Assembly: GCA_951406725.2 (NCBI GenBank)
Contig: OX597835.1
Span: 35,464,001 to 35,528,000 of the forward strand
Length of the DNA: 64,000 nt
Direction of reading: 5' to 3'
Source of the DNA: Octopus vulgaris
Lineage: Eukaryota
The notes beneath the pieces are model-generated. The model had not been told where the DNA came from and made no database searches. It worked only from the letters and a program-made list of their open reading frames with translations. Positions 26,549-37,740 of the stretch are shown piece by piece. A program made the translations under genes and the position numbers. The number at the start of each line of letters is the position of its first letter. The first letter of the stretch is position 1.

Positions 26549-27094
26549 TATTTGAGGCGATGCATTTAGTTAAGGTCTGTCATGCAATTCAATGTTTTTG
26601 TGATGGGTAGTTTGGGGTACATAATTTCTCATTATTAAGGAGATTCATAGTGGATAACAACACTCAAATTGAAAACTAGCAAACAGGAATGGAAAGATAA
26701 TGTTTCAGTATCTCTGAACTCGAAAATTCTAAGGATCCTTTAGCACATTCTGCGAGTCGTATCACCTTTATCGTTGATATGTACTCTATATCTTAGGTTG
26801 TTAACACCAGTTATAGCTATCTTTGATATTCTGTGGTGCGACGAGGATCTCAACCGAAAGAAAGGAATGTGGCTGTTTAAGTACCTTGTTTATACCAAAG
26901 TGGATGAGCTCCAATTATTTGTTGTTTTGCAGCATTTGTCTATGTACATATGCATGTATGTTTATGAGTGTCTGTGTGTGTGTGAGTGTGTGCGTGCCAT
27001 TTTGTTTATTTGTTCGGCCGAACCTTCGATAAATAAACGGACAGAGTTCAAAATCAGTAGTGATAGCACTATAAATATGTGTGCATGTGGGCAA

Positions 27095-27440
27095 GTGGCA
27101 CCTTGGGCAAGTGTCTTCTACTATAGCCTCGGGTCGACCAATGCCTTGTGAGTGGATTTGGTAGACGGAAACCGAAAGAAGCCTGTCGTATATATGTATA
27201 TATATATATATATATGAGTGTGTATTTGTGTGTCTGTGTTTGTCTCCCCAACATCGCTTGACAACTAATGCTGGTGTGTTTACGTCCCCGTAACTTAGCG
27301 GTTCGGTAAAAGAGAGCAATAGAATAAGTACTAGGCTTACATAGAATAAGTTCTGGGGTCTATTTTCTCGAATAAAGGCGGTGCTCCAGCATGGCCGCAG
27401 TCAAATGACTGAAACAAGTAAAAGAGTAAAGAATAAAGAG
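27095..27440 (+). mobile_element. 5'-truncated SINE family B
   Basis: Starts at GTGGCACCTTGGGCAAG; full tail. Confidence 0.88.
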
Positions 27441-27551
27441 TATACACAGACAATGACAGAAATAAATAGACATACTTATAATCATTAAAATTTATCTAAA
27501 TCTGTAATTACATATATTCAAATTATTTATTAATTGTTATAATATGAATAT

Positions 27552-28570
27552 TCAATATTTAGTAGACAGGCCCTTTGCATTATTCAATGCAAGGACCCTA
27601 TTAGGTATTTTACTGCTCAGATGACGAATATCCTCCAGCGGAATTTCTTGCCAAATTTCATGCAGTCATCTCAAAAAACCTGGTTTTGAAGATGCTTTCT
27701 CGTTCTTTTTATGAAGTCTCCTGTCCATTATGCCCCAGATGTGTTCAATACGGTTCATACCTGGTGTCTGGCTTGGCCATGGAAGCTTTTTAATGCTACT
27801 CTCATCCAACAAATCTTGAGTCATTTCACCCGTGTAATAAGGAGCCCCATCTCCTATAAATAAAGAGTCTTCTTTGATCATGTCAACACTGGAGAAGATT
27901 GGAAGGAATCCTTTCTGCAATATGGACACGTATTTATCTGAGATTATGCTTTCCTCACAATCCACCAGTTCTAATCAACCAGTGCTCCAGACTGCTCCGC
28001 AGACCATCACAGAATAGCTGCCGTGTTTCATTGTTGGCTGCAATCTTTTCATATCAAATTCTTGATCACAGAGTCCAGAGCCACACTCGACAACTTTCAG
28101 GAAATACAGTAAATCTTGGCTCATCAGAGAATGTGACAGTGACCCAAAATGCTAGTGGTTTCTTCACCATCTCACTGGCCCCAACTTTTCTGCCCTTGAT
28201 GTTGGCTGGTCAAAGAAGTGGCTTACTTCTTGATGCTCTTCCATAGTAACCAAGTTTGTGGAGATAGCTGACAGCTGTTCTGGTACTGACATCAATGTGT
28301 TTTGCTATGTTAGAGGCCTTGCAATGAGGATTATCCTCTAGACTTCCCTTAACAAAGAGGAGTGTCCTGTCAGAGAGGCCCGGTTGATCTGGGCGAGGCG
28401 ATGTGGATTCCCACCCCTTTCTGGTAAATTGCACAGTCACTCTATTAACTGTAGAAAGCGGGATCCTAAGGGTTTTTTTGCGATTTTACGCTATGTTCAC
28501 TTTCAGAATGACCCAAAATACAGCCTCTTCGAAATTCGCACAGTTCCAAGGCTTCTTTTGTGCATGGCAT
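27552..28570 (-). pseudogene. Tc1 (DD34E) transposase pseudogene
   Basis: MPCTKEALELCEFRRGCILG..., KPLL, TFSDE, DGAP-(34 aa)-NRIEHIW, ending KGLSTKY*. Stops and frameshifts present. Confidence 0.9.
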
Positions 28571-28640
28571 GATTAAACAGTCACTTATTAAAAATATAAA
28601 CCGTTACAAGTGAGAATAAATAGAAAACTATGTTTTATGG

Positions 28641-29031
28641 AGTGGTTGTACAAAGTCAACATAACGTGACAGACCCGTAGAGGGAATTACACCACCGCTA
28701 TATAGCCCTAGGAAGCATCGACGCTTCCTGTCGGCTTTGACACATTTCCTCTGTCCTTATACTTGCAAAGGGGAGGCAAGCACCCCAACCAGCTAGGACT
28801 AGCAAACTGAAGATATGATGTTTCTGGGTCTTGCCCGTCATCAGTCCAGGCTAACGTGTCCCCGCTAGCGGTGATACTTGCCAAGCCTTCGAAAAATATA
28901 TCTATTTACAGTGAAATCTATTCACTGGTCACCGTAATTAGAAATATTGAATTTCTAAATGTCTCAAAGAGACATGAGCGGTGGTGGAGCGATAGAGTGG
29001 TTGTATAAAGTCAACATAACGTGACAGTCCC
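28641..29031 (-). mobile_element. Non-LTR retrozyme-like insert: 355-bp unit, 39-bp terminal redundancy, 9-bp TSD
   Basis: 28640-28678 is repeated at 28995-29033 (2 mismatches). GTTTTATGG occurs at 28632-28640 and 29032-29040. Sits in the Tc1 5' region and contains a hammerhead. Confidence 0.8.
28792..28869 (-). ncRNA. Type I hammerhead ribozyme with extended helix I, slightly decayed
   Basis: Minus strand: GCTAG..GGAC..TAGC CTGGA-CTGATGA-CGGG CAAGA CCCA-GAAA-CATCAT-ATC-TTCAG..GCTA GTCC TAGC. Core intact; mismatches at the base of helix II and in helix III. Confidence 0.75.
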
Positions 29032-29166
29032 GTTTTATGGGGTGTCTATTTACTTCTGTTATGTCTGTGTACATGCCTGCAACAACCGGCTATTTCTTCC
29101 CGACGGGTTTTTCGACCCCATATTTACACGCTTTTAACTTTATGTATATGTATGTATATGTATGTA

Positions 29167-29244
<78 letters not shown>

Positions 29245-29249
29245 AGTAT

Positions 29250-29305
<56 letters not shown>

Positions 29306-29446
29306 CATGTATATGCATACATATATTCATTACGAGGGCAGGGGCAGCAGCAGCAGCAGGAATAGTAATTGTGGTAGTAGTAGCAGGAGTAGCAGCAGCA
29401 GCAGCAAAGGTATAATTAGAAAAAGTGGCAAAATTGAAGAGCAATA

Positions 29447-29483
<37 letters not shown>

Positions 29484-29509
29484 TAATACAACAGAAATAT
29501 ATTTATAGC

Positions 29510-29590
<81 letters not shown>

Positions 29591-30379
29591 TTTACATACA
29601 TAGATATTACATACATAGATATAATTATTGATATACTTATATATGTATATATATATATATAATATATATATATAACAGATAAGTACTCACAAACAAATAC
29701 ACAACACACACATGCACACATGCACACACGCACACACACACAAACAAACCTCCACGCACACATATATACGTAGGCGCAGCCGCCACAAACGGAAAACAGG
29801 TTCCATCAAATGCTTTGTATTCTTCGGAAAGTTTGGAAGGTAAACCGAATAAAAAACGTCACGAGTTAATTCCATGAGTGGTTGGCTTTTTATTAATTTG
29901 TTTAATGTAGCTGGTCGTATTATTATTATTATTATTATTATTATTGTAGTTCTTGTTGTTGTTGTTGTCGCTCATAATGTTGTTGCTTTTATAATTATTG
30001 TTGTGCTGCTGTTGTTGTTGTCGTTGTTTTTTTGTTTTGTTTTTTTACATAGTTATCGTAAATCAAACGATGGAGCGCATTAGAAAAGCGAACGAAAAAA
30101 TATATACAACAAATAATACAAAAGTTATATAACCAGAAAGAAATCAGTGTGGAGCTGTATCTCTAGTTTATATCTGCCATTTAGGCACGCATGCGCACAC
30201 ACAGGAACGAATATGTACGTATAAGCATAGGTTTTTATTTATAGATACATGCATATTAATATATATGCGATGTAGGCATACAAGTATATATGTGTGTAAA
30301 AGTATAAAGTTGTGTGTGTGTATATATGTATATTTATGTATATATATCTATATATCTATATAAATATATATACTCGTGA

Positions 30380-30410
<31 letters not shown>

Positions 30411-30440
30411 CACACACATATATATACATATACACACATG

Positions 30441-30507
<67 letters not shown>

Positions 30508-30674
30508 GTACATAACCTTTTATCGCTCCGTGTATCCTCTCTCTCTCTCTCTCTCTCACTCGCTCTCTCTCTCTATATATATATACATATATACACGCAC
30601 ATGTGCATATTTATACAAATATATATCTACATATCTATCTATTTCTCTATCTATCTATCTATCTATCTATCTAT

Positions 30675-30727
<53 letters not shown>

Positions 30728-31694
30728 AAGGGTTGTGTCTACCCTTGGTAAGGATACATGCATAAAACAAAGTTATTATATATATATATGTATATCTATA
30801 TATATGTGTGCATGTGTGTGTGCGTGAGTGTGTGAGTGTGTGTGTGTAGATAGAGTGAGAGAGACAACTTGAGATAAACAGGGAACATGAGAGGGAGAGA
30901 GAGAAAAAGGTACACATTCATGTAACGTATTTTTCTATAATTTCCTTGTTTCCATTTAACATTTAGACATCCTCGCGTGCGCGCGCGCACGCACATGCAT
31001 ACATGCACGCACTCACATACACACACACATACACACACACCGAGGCACATATGTAAATGTGTGTGGGAATGTATCTTAGGTGTAAACTTGTAATTCATCG
31101 GAAATAATTGAAAAACTTCAAGAATCTGAAACAAATACATATTTTTGCATAAAATAGCACGTACACTTCACTTTCTCTTCCAATTTTGATATACATACAT
31201 GTATATATATATATATATATCATGTATTCTCAGAAGCTTACACATATTCATTTTTATACCATATATAACCACATTCATTCTTGTTTGTACAGGATGCTTT
31301 TTAGATACATTTCGCAATGTTTGCTTTTGTTGTTATTATTGTAGTTGTTTCTTTGTCTTGTTATTTGAAAGTGGTGAAGGGGAGCATTTTTTTTTTCATG
31401 CGAGACAAATATGAAAAACTTGATACAATGAACACTGGCAGTGAAGAAAAACAGGACCCTCCATTGAAATCTTTACGTTCTTGTGTTTATTTGTTGTATG
31501 CTCATAGAAATACTGTGAGCTTTTAGAAAAAATGATACACGAAAAGCACAAGCACACGTATGTGCGTGTGTTTGTATGTATGTATGTATGTACACACACA
31601 CACACACATATATATATACATTTATATCTATACACACAAACGCATCTTTGCGTATATGTAGATTGTTAAAAATCTATAAATTCTCCCCCCACAC

Positions 31695-31740
<46 letters not shown>

Positions 31741-31771
31741 CATGTATGCTTGTATATATACACACATATAT

Positions 31772-31809
<38 letters not shown>

Positions 31810-32329
31810 TATAAATGTACCATTACGTTTGAGGGCACATTTGATAATATATGTGCATTAATGATTATTTTTTCGAAAGATATATATATATACATATATA
31901 TATATATACACGCACATATGAATATGTAGACACGTATATGTAATAAAATTTTGCTCCATTTCCAAGTAGCTCTTCCCGATTGGTTTTCTGCTATTATTAG
32001 GGATATTTCTTTATTGTCAATATTTTGAAATAGTAAACTAGTAAACCTATTAAGTTAATAACTTTGATAATTTAGGATCTTATTCATGATCTTACTCCTC
32101 TGTATGGAAGCAGATTTAGTGCAATAACTTCAACAGTTACCACAACTCTACCATACCATTCTTGTCAGAACTACACCAAGTGAGAACTGCTACTAACAGA
32201 ACTGCAGCAATTTAATAATAATGCATGTATTTAGTACTGCAGCCAACGCAATTTTGTCTGGGTAGATAGTAACTATAAGAGCATCCATTGCAGCTATGAG
32301 TGTACCACTGTATTTTCCATCTATAATAA

Positions 32330-33040
32330 TAACTACTTAATGAACAGAATTATAACAACACTATTTACCGGAACCACAACTGGAACACTGTAGCTCCAAA
32401 GGCAGTAATTACTATTGCAACTATTATTGTAACAAAACAATACTTCCTACTGGACCCACAGCTAGAACACTTTAGCTCCAACAACAACTGTTAAAATCGC
32501 AAGTAGAATGTAACAAAACAACAATATTTACTGGAGCCATAATGGGAACAATGATGCCCCAACATAAGCAATTACTATAGCAACTAGAATTGTAAAAAAT
32601 CATCAATACCTACTGGATCCACAGCTAGAACACAAAAGTGTTCCAACAACGACACTTAAAATCGCAAGTAGATTGTAAAAAGAAAAACAATACTTACTGG
32701 AACCATAATGGGAACAGTGATGCCCCAACTTTAGCAATTACTATAGCAACTAGAATTGTAATAAAGCAACAATACCTACTGGAACCACAACCAGAACGCT
32801 GTTGCCCCAACAATAACAGTCACTATTGCAAGTAGATTTATAGTAAAAAACAACAATATCTACTACCAGCAGAATTATAAACAAAACAACAATATGTATT
32901 TGAATAATTACTGTACCACTGTAACTCTAACAACTGAAGCAACTACTATTGCAAATAACTTTATAAGAAACTAACACTATCTGCCGAAACCACAATTCTA
33001 GCCCCAACAAGAGCAACTACAAATGGAACTGGAACTCTAC
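32330..33040. repeat. Degenerate 81-85-bp minisatellite with alternating A/B units
   Basis: TACTGGA recurs near 32449, 32530, 32611, 32696 and 32778. CCACAGCTAGAACAC units alternate with CCATAATGGGAACA units. Confidence 0.85.
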
Positions 33041-33483
33041 TATCATAGGAACCGGATACAAATTAAGAAGAAGATGAAAAAGAAGAAGAACAACAACAAA
33101 ATTGCACGAAACAACGAGTGCACTCGTTGTTGTCTTGTAGGATAATGAACGATTTAGTGTTCGTTGGCCCGCCAGAAATTGCAGCTGCATAATCTTAAAT
33201 TTTACACGTTATTTACTCTCACTGAAAAGAAAATGACACTTTGGTTAATAAACTCTTCATAATACTTTTAAAAAGATATTGTCTTTTCCGAAATGCCTCT
33301 GGACGTCGTCCTGCTTAAACAGGATAGAATATAACTGTAAAAGAAACAAAAACAGCCGCACAGGAAATAACAAAGAGCAATAGCAACAACAACAACATTA
33401 ACGAGAGTAATAATAACAACAAAAACAACAACAACGACGACGAAAAGATCTACAACAAAAACGAGGACAAAAACAACAGCAGT

Positions 33484-33942
33484 AGATGCGCAATGGCCCA
33501 GTGGTTAGGGCAGCGAACTCGCGGTCATAAGAACGCGGTTTCGATTCTCAGACTGGGCATTGTGAGTGTTTATCGAGCAAAGACACCTAAGCTCCCCGAT
33601 GCTCCGGCGGGGGAGGGTGGTGAACCTCGCTGTACTCTTTCTTCCTACTTCTGTCACAAATCAGAGGAACCATGGTGTAACACACTATGGTGTGGTAAAC
33701 TTTCAGACCCTAGTCTAGATTTCGAATCCTCTGTACCCCAGGATGGTTCAGCTCTCCACCCGTTAAAAAAGCCACCGTTTACGGAATGAGGATAACAACG
33801 TAGCTTTCCCGCCCATGCAACCGCCAGTCTACAGCGTGTGGTGGGTGGATCTTCAAGTTGCCACACGAGCATTCTTAGTAGCTTAGGGTAGGCTCGAATT
33901 AGAGATTATTCTTTGTGGCTAATGGCGTGAGCCCTGATTGGA

Positions 33943-33945
<3 letters not shown>
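33484..33945 (+). mobile_element. SINE family A head fused to a different body
   Basis: Head at 33484-33640; downstream sequence is unrelated to tails 1-3 and ends at (AAT)n. Confidence 0.65.
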
Positions 33946-34013
<68 letters not shown>

Positions 34014-34103
34014 AAGGAGGAGGAGGAGGAGAAGAAGAAGAAGAAGAAGAAGAAGAAGAAGAAGAAGAAGAAGAAGAAGAAGAAGAAGAAGAAGAAGAAG
34101 AAG
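33946..34103. repeat. (AAT)n(AAG)n(AGG)n microsatellite
   Basis: Direct reading. Confidence 0.95.
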
Positions 34104-34608
34104 GAAGACAACAACGGCAGCAACAATTGCAATAATAATCGAACAAGCAACACCTTCAAGACAAACAAAGAAATCCCAACGAAAATATAATTCTAAAAAC
34201 TATGAGAAGAACAAGAACAACAACAGCAATAATATCAACAACAACATAAACATCAGAAATGGCTGCAATAACTACGGTAACCACAGCAATCAGTCATTTT
34301 AGAGTTTAACAGAATATATTTCAGATTTCTCGAGGAGAATTCCTGTTTTTTTTTAAAAATCTGCTTTAAATATACATTTGTCATTAAACGTGATAATGTA
34401 GGAAAAGATATAGACATTTAAATGCATATAAACTTTCCGGTAGGTCAAAAAGAAAATATTGTATATAATGTATATGAGTGAGTGTGGGTCTGATATGTGT
34501 GTGTATGTATATATTTCAAATATAAAACGATTATATATATATATATATATATATATAAAGTGTATCATGTATCATATTTTTATATATATAAATTCATATA
34601 TATATACA

Positions 34609-34640
<32 letters not shown>

Positions 34641-34728
34641 CCTTTGTGTGTGTGTTTGTATGTGTATATATGATATATGTATATATCATACACATTTATA
34701 TGTATATGTATGTATGTATATTTAGACA

Positions 34729-35027
34729 TGTGGAGGCGCAATGGCTTAGTGGTTAGGGCAGCGGACTCGCGGTCGTAGGATCGCGGTTTCGATTCCCAGA
34801 CCGGGCGTTGTTAGTGTTTATTGAGCGAAAACACCTAAAAGCTCCACGAAGCTCCGGCAGGGGGTGGTGATCCCTGCTGTACTCTTTCACCACTCTTTTT
34901 CTCACTCTTTGTTCTGTTGGCCTGCTCGCTTGACCAGCGGGGTGGCGTCATTCGAAGGCTAAAACAATGCGAACGCATTGTGACCAGCGATGTGTAGCAA
35001 CATCTGATGGTCTGGTCGGTCACGTGA
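34729..35027 (+). mobile_element. SINE family A, tail type 1
   Basis: Clean copy; probable TSD ATATTTA(GA/TG)CAT. Confidence 0.92.
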
Positions 35028-35078
35028 TATTTATGCATGCATACATACCTACATGCATACACATACATGCATACATAC

Positions 35079-35150
<72 letters not shown>

Positions 35151-35449
35151 GCACCGTCATGTCAGCATCTTGTTTCAAAAACTTTGAAAGCGCTCAATAT
35201 ATATTTCCGTAAAAGACTATTCGTTCTTCAAAACCTGAGACTATACACGCTCCACATATGTGTGCTCAAGAAAATATAGACGCTCATATGCATATGTATA
35301 CACGCACACATATGTAACCTTGTACGGAAGTCTCCATTTATTTATGAATTGTATACTGGTGTATTCATTGGTTATGATGATAACTGTGTACAACAAAAAT
35401 ACATGTACGCCTCTATATTGGTTCATCATATACATACATGCATTATATA

Positions 35450-35485
<36 letters not shown>

Positions 35486-35486
35486 T

Positions 35487-35684
35487 ATACTAAGTAATTA
35501 AGGGTTCAGCAACGATTTGCCTCACCACACACCGAATTTAGAAATAGCAGTCAAAAAGTTTTGGCTATTCTTTCTACTTAAAAGTACTTTTAATTAGAAA
35601 GAATAGCCAAAACTTTTTGACTGCTATTTCTAAATTCGGTGTGTGGTGAGGCAAATCGTTGCTGAACCCTTAATTACTTAGTAT
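35487..35684. repeat. 198-bp spacerless palindrome with one visible mismatch, at the start of a (TA)n-embedded insert that runs to about 35789
   Basis: ATACTAAGTAATTAAGGGTTCAGC...AAAAGT|ACTTTT...GCTGAACCCTTAATTACTTAGTAT; centre 35585/35586. Confidence 0.95.
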
Positions 35685-35783
35685 TACTTAAACCTTCCTT
35701 GAATGGGTATTTTACATGCCGAACTCTACTTGGTGAAATTAATGATTATTTCTAAATGAATTAATTTCACCCTTTATTATTGA

Positions 35784-35864
<81 letters not shown>

Positions 35865-36120
35865 TCTTGTTGTTGATGTGTGTATGTAATTAAAGCAGTC
35901 GCCTCTGCTGCTGCTACTATTATTAAGAACTAGCAATAATCAGACGCAGAAGAAATTTCAGCAGCACGTGAATTTTGTAAAAAAAGATGTCAATTCCCAG
36001 ATTTGATATCTTGAAAGATTAATTTAGCTTAATTCATTTCAAATGGTTTTCCTTATTGTTTCAGCAAGACTACATCTCTTGAACCGACTGGACCCGTTAG
36101 TGTATCGAGATCAAAATATA

Positions 36121-36341
36121 TATTTCTTTACTACCCACAAGGGGCTAAACACAGAGGGGACAAACAAGGACAGACAAAGGGATTAAGTCGACTACATCGA
36201 CCCCAGTGCGTAACTGGTACTTAATTTATCGACCCCGAAAGGATGAAAGGCAAAATCGACCTCGGCGGAATTTGAACTCGGAACGTAACAACAGACGAAT
36301 TTCGCCCGGCGTGCTAACGTTTCTACCAGCTCGCCGCCTTA
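36121..36341 (-). mobile_element. SINE family C with 13-bp TSD
   Basis: TSD AGATCAAAATATA at 36108-36120 and 36342-36354. Confidence 0.92.
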
Positions 36342-36390
36342 AGATCAAAATATAATTGATTTCCTTTATCCTTTTATGTACTGTATATAT

Positions 36391-36462
<72 letters not shown>

Positions 36463-36635
36463 CATATATATGCGAGTGCAATGTCATGTTATGTCTCCTA
36501 ACATCATGTGCTGAGGGGCAGGTCCATAGGAGATGTTATTACAACTGGCCTATCGACAGCGTGTATAAATTAAGTAGGATAAACAGATGACTATTTCAAT
36601 TAAACACACACACTCACACAGATACACAGATACAC

Positions 36636-36672
<37 letters not shown>

Positions 36673-36886
36673 TACATACACACACACATGATAGGGGTTC
36701 TACAATTGCCGCCTCCAAAATTCACTCAGAACATTTTAGCCTGACCTAGGCAACGGGACAAGATAAAGCGCTGCATATTGAAATGAACCAGAAGCCACAA
36801 AGTTGTAAAGCGAACTTCGTAACCAAACAACCATTCTCGCGAGAACTTAATTTGAAGTTAAGTCCTATAAGTTTGTCTAGTATTAG

Positions 36887-36940
<54 letters not shown>

Positions 36941-36949
36941 TATACATAT

Positions 36950-37168
36950 ACTCTTTTACTCTTTTATTTGTTTCAGTCATTTGACTGCGGCCATGCTGGA
37001 GCACCGCCTTTTTAGTCGAGCAAATCGACCCCGGGACTTATTCTTTGTAAGCCCAGTACTTATTCTATCGGTCTCTTTTTCCGAACCGCTAAGTGACGGG
37101 GACGTAAACACACCAGCATCGGTTGTCAAGCGATGTTGGGGAGACAAACACAGCCACACAAATACACA

Positions 37169-37206
<38 letters not shown>

Positions 37207-37360
37207 TACGACAGGCTTCTTTCAGTTTCCGTCTACCAAATCCACTCACAAGGCATTGGTCGGCCCGAGGCTATAGTAGAAGACACTTGCCCAAGATGCC
37301 ACGCAGTGGGACTGAACCCGGAACCATGTGGTTGGTTAGCAAGCTACTTACCACACAGCC
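36950..37360 (-). mobile_element. SINE family B
   Basis: Near full-length reverse copy. Confidence 0.92.
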
Positions 37361-37740
37361 ATATACGTGTATATTTAATGTAGGATAAAATAATTTTCGA
37401 AAAAAAAATTTCTGTCAACGGCCAGCCTATTAAAAAATATCTTTAAAGGTAAAAATTATAAACAACTTATAACTAAGGGCAAACGAAAACATTTCTATTG
37501 CCAAATATGCCGAAAATTGGACATATTGTCCATTACCATATAATTTTTCACAATACACACGCTACTCAAAAAAAAGCCGACAGAAATTTCTAAAGAATTC
37601 CATTATTACCATATCGGACCGATTTCAGGATTAGTTCGCAAGAACCCTCTCTTCGTCAGTGAGAGAGATATATAACTGTATAGGGTACTTATCTTATAGA
37701 TAGGCGCAGGAGTGGCTGTGTGGTAAGTAGCTTGCTAACC

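Larger units (their letters stand above)
25095..26700 (-). pseudogene. Degenerate RTE LINE interrupted by two family C SINEs
   Basis: QRAMESSMSGISLRDHIRNEE...KLQWAIHVVKLADNWWT...GRPPISWED at 25095-25371 is a clear RTE C-terminus. Upstream similarity (FVHCRI*SINTV, cf. FVDYEKAFDSV) is weak and the 5' boundary is uncertain. Confidence 0.75.
27445..29069 (-). mobile_element. Near-complete Tc1 DNA transposon with both TIRs and TA TSD
   Basis: TA|CACAGACAATGACAGAAATAAATAGACA at the left end and TGTCTATTTACTTCTGTTATGTCTGTG|TA at the right end. Encloses the transposase pseudogene and a 0.4-kb insertion. Confidence 0.88.

Noticed and set aside
32330-33040. Regularly spaced repeats considered as a CRISPR array
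   Set aside because: Whole units are homologous with no unique spacers, the context is eukaryotic, and no cas genes are present.
33110-33131. 22-bp perfect palindrome AACAACGAGTGCACTCGTTGTT
   Set aside because: Sits at an (AAC)n/(GTT)n strand switch and has no other supporting context.
37615-37665. Minus-strand CTGACGA...GAAA motif
   Set aside because: Helix II is partial and helix I is missing; counted only as a weak relic.
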